Of a stretch of 64,000 nt of DNA, positions 1 through 11,291 are shown piece by piece. The notes beneath the pieces were generated by a model. That model did no database searches. It worked only from the letters and a program-made list of their open reading frames with translations, and was not told the DNA's origin. The DNA is from Rhynchobatus australiae (Eukaryota). The position numbers were made by a program, and so were the translations under genes. The DNA lies in contig JAUZTB010000063.1 of assembly GCA_034780895.1 (NCBI GenBank), positions 36,258,803 to 36,322,802 of the forward strand. The letters run 5' to 3'. The stretch's first letter is position 1. The number at the start of each line of letters is the position of its first letter.

Positions 1-4
1 AAGG

Positions 5-298
5 ACATGGTAGTGTAGCGGTTAGTGTAATGCTTTACAGTGCCAGCGACCCAGGTTTGATTCCTGCTACTGCCTGTAAGGAGTTTGTACATCTCTCCGT
101 GTCTGCATGGGTTTCCTCCGGGCATTCCAGATTCCTCCCACATTCCAAAGACGCAAGGGTTAGGAAGTTGTGGGCGTGCTATGTTGGTGCCGGAAGCGTG
201 GTGACACTTGCGGGCTGCCCCCGGAACACTCTAAACAAAAGATGGATTTCACCGTGTGTTTCGATGTACATGTGACTAATAAAGATATCTTATCTTAT
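5..298 (+). mobile_element. tRNA-derived V-SINE, family A, full length
   Basis: A/B-box-like head, V-domain GTGTCTGCATGGGTTTCCTCCGGG, tail ...GTACATGTGACTAATAAAGATATCTTATCTT; several copies in the window. Confidence 0.85.
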
Positions 299-1124
299 AA
301 ATTAAAAAAAAACAATGGTGGGGGCGCAGGTAATTATCCCCATGTTTATAATACACAATACATCACCAATTCACTTGTATACCTACCTGTCTGTACTCTT
401 GCAGTCTTTCCATTATTTATCTGCATTTAAATCAAAAAGTTATTGGATACCTGGTATCCACATTTTTAGCTTACTGGCTCCGGGTGAGATAAAAAGAGAT
501 TTCACAATTAGAGTTTTACAGATTCTAAGAGAATAGAATGTCTTCTCCTCTGCTTTAATTAGGATCAAAAAGGAAACAAAAATGTCTCTTCTCTCCAAAA
601 ACATCAAAGATTCATTAAAAACACAAGGCTGCATGTTGCCACTCCATAAAAACACTTGCTTGTGATACTCAAATGACATTGCTGGAATTTAACAGAGCCC
701 ATGTAGCCCCACAAAGGATGAGGACTCCTTTTTTCTTAAACTTTTATAATGTAGGTCTCAAATCACCTCATACTAATCAGACTAGAGTGTCTCTGCATTG
801 GCTCCAAATGGAAAATTAATCAACCCTATGGTCCAGGATCTGACCCTCAAGAGATGAGAGTGGGATTCCAATCATTAACATGCAACTCCATCTTGCTGGA
901 CAGAGTCATGGGGGCATGGGGTTTGTCATAAACCCTTTCCTGATAACCAGGGAGATCAGCCACTGAAGGCTACGATAAGGAGGGGCAGCACAGCACGCTA
1001 GTGGTTACTCTATCATTTGCGATGAAACAGAGTACAGATACAAGGATTTGCTTGAAATGGACTTCAGAGGGTCCCCAGCTGGCTCCATGACTGAGAAGGA
1101 TGTTCCCAGCCCTGCTGCTAGCTC

Positions 1125-1400
1125 AGCCCTGACCCCCGGTGCTGTTCTGCGTGGAGTCCGCATGTTCCCCCTGTGACCATGTGGGTTTCCTCCGGGTGCT
1201 CCCACGTCCCAAAGTCATGCAGATTGCTAGGTTAATTGGCCATGTAAATTGCCCCCGGTGTGTAAGAAGTTGGTAGAATCTGGGGATGGTTGACAGGAAT
1301 GGGGGGGGTGGGGGGGAGGAATAAAATAGGATTAGTATAAATGGCTGGTTGATCATCAGCAAGGACTCAATGAAAAAAAATGGCCTCTTTCCACATTGTA
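1125..1400 (+). mobile_element. V-SINE, family B (HE1-like)
   Basis: V-domain plus GGTTAATTGGCC..GTAAATTGCC motif; similar copies near 46905, 56925 and 57515. Confidence 0.75.
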
Positions 1401-1907
1401 GGAATCTACGAATTTCATCTCTCAAAGGGTGGGAATTCTCGACCTCAGTGTCATTTATTCAAGGCTGCGATAGGTAGCCTTTCAGCTCAGAGGAGAATCA
1501 AGGTCACAGGAACCTGGCGGGAGATTGCTGTGGGGAGCAAAGTTCAGATCAGCATGATCTCACTGAATGAGAAAGAGACTTCTGGGACCAAGTGGCCGAC
1601 TTCTCCTCCCACTTCTGCTCTTATTTGGTCATTCTCAACAGATCTTCGTGAACTCCACAACTCCCCTCAAAATCGAAATAAAAATGGGGAAGCATCTACA
1701 ACCTAATGCAGAATCATTAGACCGGTGCAGGAAATGTGCTTCCAAAATTAAGATCAAACCTGAAAGCTGAGACAGTTGAAGTCTGTCCCAGGAGCTTATG
1801 GTGAGCGCTGTCTCATGCGCCGAAACCTCAATGACCACAGAACTTGCAAGTGTACATCAAAATAGAGCTCTCGCTAACCACGTCACGCTGTGGCAGGCTT
1901 GACTCAC

Positions 1908-1923
1908 CCGAAACATCAGCCAT
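1908..1923 (-). CDS. RECQL: RECQL (RecQ-like DNA helicase Q1) first coding exon, 16 coding nt (MADVS+G); whole exon 1908-1975; rest of the gene lies left of the window
   Basis: Minus strand reads ...ttgccttgcag|GTTTTGAAGG...ATG GCT GAT GTT TCG G|gtgagt. This matches the recalled 16-nt coding start of human RECQL exon 2 (MASVS+A). The head-to-head position with GOLT1B matches known synteny. Only 5 codons are visible. Confidence 0.75.
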
Positions 1924-2289
1924 TCTTGAAACACAGTAACAACCACCACTCAGAGTATTGGTACACCTTCAAAACCTGCAAGGCAATATTTCACCACATG
2001 AATTTCTGAACACAGATAAACGCCATTTTTAAGAATCACTGGGTGACTACAAGTCCATTTTAAAGAAGTCTCCCTTAAAGTTTCCACAGTGCCTTCACCA
2101 AGGCCAATGTTTGCAATACAGCTTCCTAACCACTAGGTGCAGATGACAATGTCGCCGTGCACATTGCATCAGAGATACCGAAACTAAAGCCCATGGACAG
2201 CGTGGCTGATGGGCTCTGGCACTTCAGTCCATGCACCTCAGTTCTATTCCATGCTTGCCACCTTACCCTTGGAATAAATTTTTTTTCCC

Positions 2290-3110
2290 CCCAGGTGGTC
2301 CACAAGAGTGCTCACCAATGATTTGCGGAGGGGAATGAAGGTTGCAAGGATGCAAAACAGCTCCAATATGATTCAGATAAGAGGGGTGAGTGGGCAATTC
2401 CATGTCAGATTCAGTACAACGTGGATAAGTGTTAGGTTACCCATTCCGGTTTTAAGTAGGATAGACTATCCAAATGATGATAGATTGCGGAACAATGCAA
2501 TGAGACCTGGGTGCTCTTGGTGCACCAGTTGCTGAAAGCAAGTGGTAGGTGCAGCAAGCCAAATGGTATGTTGGCCTTCACTGCAATAGGATTGAGGAGA
2601 GCAGGTTTTGCTGCAGTGTACAATGCCTCATCTGGAGCACTGTGTGTAGTTTTATCTGAAGACGGATATTCTTGTCACAGAGGAGTGCAACAAACATTTG
2701 CAGGCCAGGATGGCAGGATGGACATACGATGAGAGAATGGGGCAGTGGTGCCTATGATTCACTGGAGTTGAGAAGAATGAGAGGGTATCTTTTGGAAACC
2801 CATAAAATTTTAAATAGTATGGCAGGGAAGTCTAGAACCAGAGTTCGCAGCCTCAGGATAAAGGACATGTCATATAGAACAGACATCAGGAGATACTTCT
2901 GCATCAGAAGAGTGGAATGCTCTACTACAGAATGAAGTGAAGGTCAAGTCATTAAATATCTTCAAGGACAAAGATCCATTTTTTAATGCCAGAAGGATCA
3001 AGGGGTATGGGGAGAAGGCAGGAATAGGTATTGAAATGGATGATCAGCTGTGATTACATTGAATGGTGGAGCAGGCCCGAAGGACCAAACGACTCCTGAT
3101 CTTATTTTCT
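2290..3110 (+). mobile_element. CR1 LINE 3' fragment, decayed
   Basis: Remnants of ANGMLAF and LELRRMRG..ETHKIL, followed by the CR1 3' tail. Confidence 0.8.
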
Positions 3111-4739
3111 GTGAATTCCAGAATGGCTTTTTATACAGGCCGAGACTGGGACAATAGCAACATTTTATATATGACCTGTATTAAAAAAAAATCAGAGGAA
3201 CAAGATTAATCTGCTCACTATGATGACTCTTGGATAGTCCTAGTTTACATAACATAGGTGGTGCAAGGGTAGGAATATGGGGGAGGCAGAAGACAAAAGC
3301 AGGGAAGGAAGTTGAAAGCTAGAACAGCTGAGCCAACGTATTACAGACTGTCAGATGAACTCAGCAGGTTGAGCAGACCCGCCAAGTTCCTCCAGCAGTT
3401 TGTTTTTGCACCAGATTCCAGCATCCACAGTCTATTGTGTCTCCAAGCCAACAGTGTACATCCAAGGAGGGGCAGCGAATTGGTCACATTGATGCATAGT
3501 AGCAATCTTTAATATTTACCTATTTAACATACAGCATTCTGCATGCAGCTAGTTACAAGTGTTGTTAACTTGTTTTGTGCTACTGTCTCAATATTGTGGC
3601 CTACATAGGAGTTTAGACTAATATTCAGTCACAAAGGCCTATGTTTTATAACATTTGAGAGCTGTTCTGCAGCTGAGTTTATAAAGGAACAAAGCTAACA
3701 TGAAATCACTTAAGAATTTTCCGTTTGAAATTGTTTACATCAATCCCAGTTCTAAAGCCAAATTTGGCAGGCCTACATTTACAGTGAAAGCTACTACATG
3801 AGTCATAGAAAATGCCAGCCAAAACGAAACTAGACTGTGATCTGTTTGTTTTTCCATCTCCAACATCCTAGTCATTGGATGAAATAATAATAGAAGTTAC
3901 TTTATCTACACCAGACACAGTCATAACGTCAAGAAAATCCCTGTGACACTCAAAGCCATCTGCTTCACCCATTGTGATTTAGCTCAATTAGCAAGAATTC
4001 CATTAAGATTCAGAAGTGTAATATTTTAGAAGAGGGAGCGGTAACAAAATGGAGGTGTTATTTTATTTCTGATTTCAGGTAAATTGAAAAGTAGACAACA
4101 TCAGCTAGAAATAAATAAAAGTGAATACAACAAAATAATCAGAAAACCTTGCACATTCAAGAGAAAATAAATTACCAGCAGCAAATTATAACATGCTCCT
4201 GCAATTCTTTTCCCAATGCACATTGCTAGCAGGGTTGATGTGGCCATGTAAAGACTCTCCACCTTTTCCTTCACATGGTTTCAGTGTATCATCTGCACCC
4301 AATCAAGCAAAAGACAATGAAATCTACTACAAAGCTGTTCTCTTCAGTGCTACCATAACAGAGGGCCTATATTGCAGATCTGATTTAAACTATCATCCAA
4401 TCTGGACTCATAAAGCCCCCAAAAAGATATTATAACCAGGATACATACATTGTGGACTGGGGACTAGATACAGAATAAAGTTCCTTTTACACCATTCCAT
4501 AAAATACTTTAAGGAAAGTGTACAGATGCATTGTAAAGCTCCCTCTCCACTGCCCCATCAAACATTCCAGGAAGGAGATAAAGGCATCGGATTAAGTTCA
4601 CTCTATATATACCATCAAACACTCACAGGAACCAGGAATAGGTGCAGAGTAAAACATCTCAACACACAGCAGAAATACCACCATTGCCACCTCTGCAAAT
4701 ACTCTTCAAAGCATTGGTGAACTAACAGCAGTATTCTCT

Positions 4740-5120
4740 CCCAGGCAAATGTCCCTAGTATCAAGGCCCTAATTCCTCAAACAGCTTTAAAGGGCAGGCC
4801 ATCCTGTTCATATATACAGCACCACATTCCAGAAAAAGCTCCATCATGGCAATAGTGGACAGTGGAGAAGATTCAAGGATGCTCTCAAAGCCTCCTTGAA
4901 AAAGTGCAACTCCCCACTGATGCAGGAATCCCTGATCCACAAGCTTTTCAAAATGTAGGAGCATTCAGGATGGCATTGAAAACCTCACACATTTATCAGA
5001 AGTGCACAGCCCAACACAAACACCTCCTAAATCATCACATGCTCACTGCAACAAGCACCTCCAGGCTCACTTGTGGCAGAGTCTGTAGGTCCGACATTGA
5101 CTTAATCAGCCACCTCACTA
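4740..5120 (+). mobile_element. RTE-clade LINE 3' fragment
   Basis: Translates to RRFKDALKASLKKCN and CGRVCRSDIDLISHL, typical of RTE ORF C-termini. Confidence 0.7.
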
Positions 5121-5285
5121 GAGTGGTGCAAAAGCAAAATATAGCAGATGTTGAAAATCTGAAATAAAAGAGCAAAATACTAGAAATATGCCACAGGACA
5201 GAAAACATCTGTTAACATTTCAGATCAATAAACTTTCATTAGAACTGGAGAAAGTTAGAAATAAGGTTTGTGATGGGTTGGAAAC

Positions 5286-5378
5286 CAAGGGAACGCACGT
5301 GGTAGACGTCTGCAAGGGAACGCACGTGGTAGACGTCTGCAAGGGAACGCACGTGGTAGACGTCTGCAAGGGAACGCA
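5286..5378. repeat. 27-bp perfect tandem repeat (CAAGGGAACGCACGTGGTAGACGTCTG), about 3.4 copies
   Basis: Units at 5286, 5313 and 5340, partial unit at 5367. Confidence 0.95.
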
Positions 5379-5394
5379 TTTAGGAGATGACTGT

Positions 5395-5692
5395 CGTGTA
5401 GTGCAGCCCTTAGCATAATGCTTTACAGCGTCAGTGACCCGGGTTCAATTCCGCCTGCTGTCTGTAAGGAGTTTGGATGTTCTCCCCGTGTCTGCGTGGG
5501 TTTCCTCCGGGTGCTCCGGTTTCCTCCCACATTGCAAAGACATACAGGTTAGGAAGTTGCGGGTATGCTTTGTTGGCGCCAGAAGCGTAGCGACGCTTGT
5601 GAGCTTCCCCCCCCCAGAGCACACTACGCAAAAGATGCATTTCACTGTGTTTCGATGTACATGTGACTAATAAAGATCTTACCTTATCTTAG
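5395..5692 (+). mobile_element. V-SINE family A
   Basis: Collinear with 5-298. Confidence 0.85.
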
Positions 5693-6079
5693 ACACAGTG
5701 CAGGGTAGGGACAGGCCCTGCAGTCTGCAGTGCTAACGTGTAAACCTCCCACCAACCCTCCTAGAATGAGGGGGAAGCAAGACTCCACAAACACCCATCC
5801 ACCCCCTCAACTTCAGCTTCTGCAGGGACTTTAGGAAGCTTGCTTTGCCCAGGTCCAAGAGGACGACCAATCAGCATTGTGGCCTCTCCCCATTGGTCAA
5901 GTGGGAACCAATCACAGCAACGCCGGGGCCAATTCGTCCTACTTTCCACGATGTCACAGGGCCGGTCGCAAGCTCCCGCTTTATGAACCCAAAGGGCCAG
6001 GGAAAACAATCACCCACCAAAGCGGGACCTTCCCTACAGGTCCACCGTCCCCAATCGGGATACCGTAGCCGTAGCATAC

Positions 6080-6200
6080 CTGGTTCTAACCCGGGGTTGG
6101 AGCCGGCGGCGCGGAGGGAAGAGGAGACGTCCCGAGTGCAGGCGGCAGCGTCCGGAGAGGGGCGGCACCTCCTTCCTCATCGGCCAAGCGGGCAGGGGCG
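6080..6200 (-). other. RECQL: Probable non-coding exon 1 of RECQL (5' end approximate)
   Basis: Minus-strand donor CCAG|gtatgc at 6080/6079 inside the CpG island, pointing away from GOLT1B. The TSS cannot be determined from sequence. Confidence 0.5.
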
Positions 6201-6714
6201 GGGCTTCCTCCCGTCACTCACAAGCCGACGCCCCGCCCATGGGGGCGGGGCTAACCTCTCGTCACTCACACCACCCACTTAGGGCGGAGTGTCAATCAGC
6301 CGGTGGGGCGTGGCCTCCTACTGTCAGTCAAACGACAGGTGGGCAACTCCTCTCTGGGAAGAGCGTGGCCTTCTGCACTGTCAATCACACGGCGGCCGGG
6401 CAGCTCTCCCCGGAGAGGGGCGCGGCCTTCTGCACTGTCAATCACACGCCAACCCCGCAGGCCGGGGCGGAGCTTACCCCGTCAATCGCAGCGCTGCCTG
6501 CCTCTCCAACCAAAAGCCTTCCCTGCCGATCACGTGGGTAGCCTCTTCCCGCCACCGAGAGGGGCGGGGCTTCCACCACACGGCCCCGCCCCGGCCGGAT
6601 GTGGCGGTCGCTCGGTTACCGGGGGGGGGTGGGGGGAGGCGAGCCGCGTGTTTCCGGAAGACGTGGCGGCTGATGTGGATCTGGTGAAGCCGATGAGAAT
6701 CCGCCGCCGCCAAC

Positions 6715-6739
6715 ATGATCTCGCTGACGGACTCGCAGA
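6715..6739 (+). CDS. GOLT1B: GOLT1B (vesicle transport protein GOT1B) exon 1, MISLTDSQ+K
   Basis: Kozak-like gccgccaacATG; donor A|gtaagt; matches the N-terminus of GOT1B (MISLTDTQK). Confidence 0.96.
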
Positions 6740-7849
6740 GTAAGTGAGGCCGGGGCCTCGGTGGGCCGGGACAGGGAGAGGGGAGAGGGCCCCCGGGGGC
6801 CGGCGCCGCCGCCGCCGTCGTGTGCACGCGCTGCCGTGATTGATTGACAGCCTTGGAACCGCGCGCTCGCCGCCCCGCATTCACTTCCTCCTCTTCCCAC
6901 TCCACACAGCCGTCAGGCAGCGCCGCCAGACCGCCCATCCTCCATGCGATTCCGAGCGCCCGCCTCCCACAGCATGTTTTTCTTTAATGGTTTCTTCCAC
7001 ACTCTTGTCTCCCCTCGCTCAGTTTCTTTCATTCCCCCCCCCGCCCCTCTTTTTTCGAGGCAACGTGTATATAAACAGACTCGGCTCTGTTATCAAGGTT
7101 CGAATTGCAATTGAAACATTTGAAATGAAAACATACAAAGTTGAAGTCTCAAGGGGTTGATGTTGCTCCCAAATATAACAGTACAAAACACTGCCTCTTT
7201 CCAATTTGTCTGCACCTAGCATTACTAATCAGTACGCTTGGTACCTCTTAATCAATGATAAGGTCTTGCATTTTTATAAACACCTTTCATAACCTCAGAG
7301 AAGTTCCAAAGAGCTTTACAGTCAATGAAATACTTTGGAAGTATAATCATCATAATGAAAAAATCAAAACAGCTAACTTGTACACGATGTGACAAGACCA
7401 GAGTGTACAGCCCTTTCCTTCCTAGAAATGGCCTCCCAAATAAACAGACAGAACCTCAATTTAACATCTCATCTGCAGAACTGCACCTCCTACAGTGCAG
7501 GAGGCTAGGTTTGGCAGATTGGCTAATGATTTTCTTGTATCATCCTTCCTTTCAGAGCATCCAGTGCACCACTTTACCCAGGCAGACTATACTTGATAGA
7601 CAGTAAAGATTCACCCAATCAAATAGCCTATTGTCTCAATAGTATATTCACATCAGCTGAAACGAATTGCCTTCACCTTCTGTGCCATTTTGGAAATTCA
7701 GGACAATTTATCTATAAACATAAATAAGATTCTTCACTTTGGTAGAAGAATATAGAAATAGAAAGGAAATCATAAAATGATAGAAGCATAGAAACAAACC
7801 CTTCAGTCAACTCTGTGCCAGTGATCAAATACATACTTTCAAGTTCAAT

Positions 7850-9114
7850 CAATGTAGGAACTGCTTTAAAAAGGAATTAGGAGGTCAAAGAGGGGGCACA
7901 AATGATCCTTGACTGGCAGTCAAGATTGAGGAAAATCCCAAAACATTTTATAGTACTACTAAGGGCAAGTGGGTAAGCAGGGAAAATGTAGGACTCATTA
8001 GGGGCCAAAATGGCAATCTCTACAAGGTGCCAGAGAGGAATGATATGATCTTAAATGAATGCTTTTCACTAAGGAGAAGGATACTGTAATTGGAGATTTC
8101 AGTGGGTGGGGCAGTGAAATTCGAGAACATGTGATTAAAAGGGGAAGTATTAAATGTCAAAGTGAGTATAAGGATGAATAGATCGCTAGGACCTGATGAG
8201 ATGTATCCCAGGTTGTTATAGAAGCAAAATGTTGAGGCCCTGATGGAGATTTTTTAAAATCTTTGCTGCCGAAGGTGAGGTGTCAGATGACTGGAGGATG
8301 GCAAATATGGTACCTTTATTCAAAAAGGGCAGCAGGAATAAGCCTGGCAATTACAGGGTTGTGAGTCTAATGTCAGTGGTTGGGAAGTTGTTGGTAACAA
8401 TTCTGAGGGACAGGATTAATCTGCATTTGGAAAAGTAAAAATTAATTAAAGATAGTCAGTATAGTTTTGTTAGTGGGAGTTCCTGTCAGGTCAATTTGAT
8501 TACATTTTTTTTGAAGAGGTAACCAAACGTATTTGATGAGGGCAATGTGATTGATGTAGTTTGTGTGGAATTCAGTGAGGCCTTTGAGGTCCCACAAGGG
8601 AGAATAGTCCAAAAAGTTGGAGACCATGGGATCCAGGGCAAGTTGGCAAATTGAATCCAAAATTATCTTAGTAATAGGTGACAGAGGGTGATGGTGGAGG
8701 GCTGATTTTGTGATTGGAAGCTTGTGACTAGTGGAGTGTCACAGTGATCAGTATTGGGACCTTTATTGTTATGTAGCATTTTGAATAAGAATGTAAGAAG
8801 TATAACTAATAAGTTTGCAGAAGATAAGGTAATCATAGTGTTGTTGGTACTAGGCCGGATAGTCAATAACCACAGGGTGATGTTGATCAGTTGTTAAAAT
8901 GGGCAGAGCAATGGTAGATTAAAATTTAATTCTAAAAAGTACAAGGTGATGCAATGTGGGAGGATTACTAAGGGTAGGACATACACAGAATCTGATATGG
9001 CCTTGGGAACTATTGAGGAACAGAGGAACCTGTACAAGTGGAGTTCTGGGCCCCTTTTCTTAGGAAGGATGTGCTGCTGATGGAGAGTGTTCAGAGGAGA
9101 TTCACGAGATGGTT
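7850..9114 (+). mobile_element. CR1 LINE ORF2 (RT) fragment, decayed
   Basis: DDWRMANMVPLFKKGSRNKPGNYRVVSLMSVVGKLL and EFWAPFLRKDVLLMESVQRRFTR. Confidence 0.9.
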
Positions 9115-9789
9115 NNNNNNNNNNNNNNNNNNNNNNNNNNNNNNNNNNNNNNNNNNNNNNNNNNNNNNNNNNNNNNNNNNNNNNNNNNNNNNNNNNNNNN
9201 NNNNNNNNNNNNNNCCGGCCGGGCGCTGTCGGCCGGGGGGATGGGGGCTGGGGCCGGGGGGTGGTAGGGGCTCGCCGGTCACCCCGTCTCGACTGTACCG
9301 GAGCCTAAAGCAGCTGAGATATGCGGTCCGTCGACACGACGGGCTGCGGATGCTGGAATCCGGAGCAACAGACGAAGAGGGGAGCTCAGCCGGTCGGGCA
9401 CCTCCTCTGGAGGGGGAGAAGAAGGAGGAGGAGGAGGGGGGGACAGTCGACATCCTGCACCTGGGCTGGGTGGGTTCCTCCAGCGGCTCCTCCTTTGCTA
9501 AGGGAAGTGATTTCACTCGCCCGCTTTAGGTAGCTCCCGCAGGCTGCGGCGATGAACTTGAAGCTGTTGTTTTGTGTCGATCTCAGGATTTCTGCTGGCG
9601 GCACTTCCTGAAGTTTAGTCACCAGTGCTTAAGTGAGCTCCCGCAAGCAGCCATATGATGATAACCGTCTCGTCTGCGGACGATCAGACAAAATTCCGCA
9701 AGCGTGACACTGACGAGAGGCTAAAAAGCGGAGGTGCCGTATCCCGAGGACATTAGCTGAGATTTAAGTTTATAAGCTACAGCTAAAAG

Positions 9790-10385
9790 TGGATGTACTT
9801 AACGATACAGCAGTCCCTCAGTACTGCACAGCAGTGTCAACCATAGATTTTGTGAGGCAGCTCTGTGTCATTCTCCAAGTCGAGTTGCCAAAAAGAGAGA
9901 TTGCAGCTTATCAATTACAGTGTGCACGTTTATTGTATCCGTGGGCCAAACGTGTTCAATGATTCGGACAATCTGAAAGCACTTTGCTTACAATGTCATA
10001 TGAAACACTTAAGTGATGCATTTTCATTTCTGAGGTGGAAGGTCCTGCGTTCATATCCCACTAGAGACATGAGTGCAAGATCCAATGTATCAGAATGACT
10101 CATTATTGGAAGTCCTACCTCACAGATGGAAATTTAAACTGAAGCAGTGTCTGCCCTCTCACATGCCACAGTATTGTTTTAAATTGTGTTTTTTTCCTTG
10201 GTATCTTAACAATTGTTTTTCCCTCAGCCAACAACACTGAAGTAGATTCCTTGGAATCTATCCAAGTGTTTTTGTGGGACCTTGCTCTGTATAAATAGGT
10301 AGTTATGTTTCCTGCATTGCACTAGTGACACTTCAAACCTCATTGGTTATAAAGTGCTTTACCATATCATGAGGTTGTGTTTTCA
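9790..10385. mobile_element. Ancient Deu-SINE-like (SacSINE/AmnSINE) fragments; similar pieces near 7260-7500 and 59660-60010
   Basis: CAGCAGTCCCTCAGTACTGCAC motif and GACACTTCAAA..CATTGG..AAAGTGCTTT tail resemble the recalled Deu-domain SINE consensus. Confidence 0.5.
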
Positions 10386-10580
10386 TGTTAGTTTCTTTAT
10401 GTCCATTTAAAAGTTGGTACTGCACTGCTACAAATACAACTTAGATCAGACTAATTTGATGATAGTACACATGAGTTATTCAGATTCTAGTATGCATCGT
10501 ATTTAAAGTTACCATAGTTAAAGGAACATCTGGAATTGAGATAAAATATTGAGTCTAATTGCCATGTGCTTCCTTTGCAG

Positions 10581-10672
10581 AAATTGGAATGGGATTGACA
10601 GGCTTTGGTGTGTTTTTCCTGTTCTTTGGCATGATTCTGTTCTTTGATAAGGCACTCCTTGCAATAGGAAAT
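10581..10672 (+). CDS. GOLT1B: GOLT1B exon 2, (K)IGMGLTGFGVFFLFFGMILFFDKALLAIGN
   Basis: cctttgcag| acceptor and |gtaagt donor; 92 nt; in phase with exon 1; near-identical to recalled human protein. Confidence 0.97.
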
Positions 10673-11291
10673 GTAAGTTTTGTTTATGAAACGTATTTCT
10701 ACAAAGACTAAATTGTCCCCTTTTTTTTCCAAAAACTATTATCATTTTCAAAAATTTTCATTTTTCATTTCCAGTTTTAAGACTTAGGCAGGATCTATAG
10801 AGCTGACAGAGGAAACAAATACAATTGGAAAGCTTTTCTGCATTGCTTGAGTATTGGTATTCTCCTTGTTTAGAATAAGCCAAGACACTTGATGTGGTTC
10901 ATATGTAAAGCTCTTGAAACATCACCTCCAGTTCTGCCCATTGTTACCAACATCACTAACAACATGTAACCATCAGTGACTCAAAGACTTCAACTCCTGT
11001 TTCTTGTTCTTTTGGGATAACTTCTTTTAAAAATCACCTCTGCAAGCACAACTGAATTTGAAAGAAAAAAATGTGCTTGAAAATTTTTCCACAGATTGTA
11101 AAATTGAAATTTTAAGTAACCACTAAACTGTTATGGCTATTTTGCAAACTTTACTCTTGGTATTACCAACTCAGAATTCATTCGATACGTAACATCCGTA
11201 AAACAAAAAACATTCTCCCCACAAATTGTTTGCCTTTAATCACAAAATAATCTGACATGCCATGGGTTTCCCACATTATTAAATTTCTTTC

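Larger units (their letters stand above)
5850..6980. promoter_or_regulatory. CpG island / bidirectional promoter of RECQL and GOLT1B
   Basis: Abrupt GC- and CpG-rich stretch in an AT-rich background. Many GGGCGG boxes; CCAAT/ATTGG at 5867, 5892, 5908, 5929, 6051; ETS-type CCGGAAG at 6654-6660; no TATA box seen. Confidence 0.9.

Noticed and set aside
5-80. tRNA gene-like sequence
   Set aside because: It is the tRNA-derived head of a SINE, continuing into the V-domain and tail.
702-974. Possible solo LTR (TGTAGCC...GGCTACG)
   Set aside because: Terminal inverted motif is imperfect and no target-site duplication is visible.
5286-5378. CRISPR-like or coding repeat (KGTHVVDVC)n
   Set aside because: Units are contiguous with no spacers, and the context is eukaryotic; it is a minisatellite.
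5845-7160. Many overlapping 100-150 aa ORFs on both strands
   Set aside because: Expected from stop-codon depletion in a CpG island; only the 25-nt GOLT1B exon is supported.
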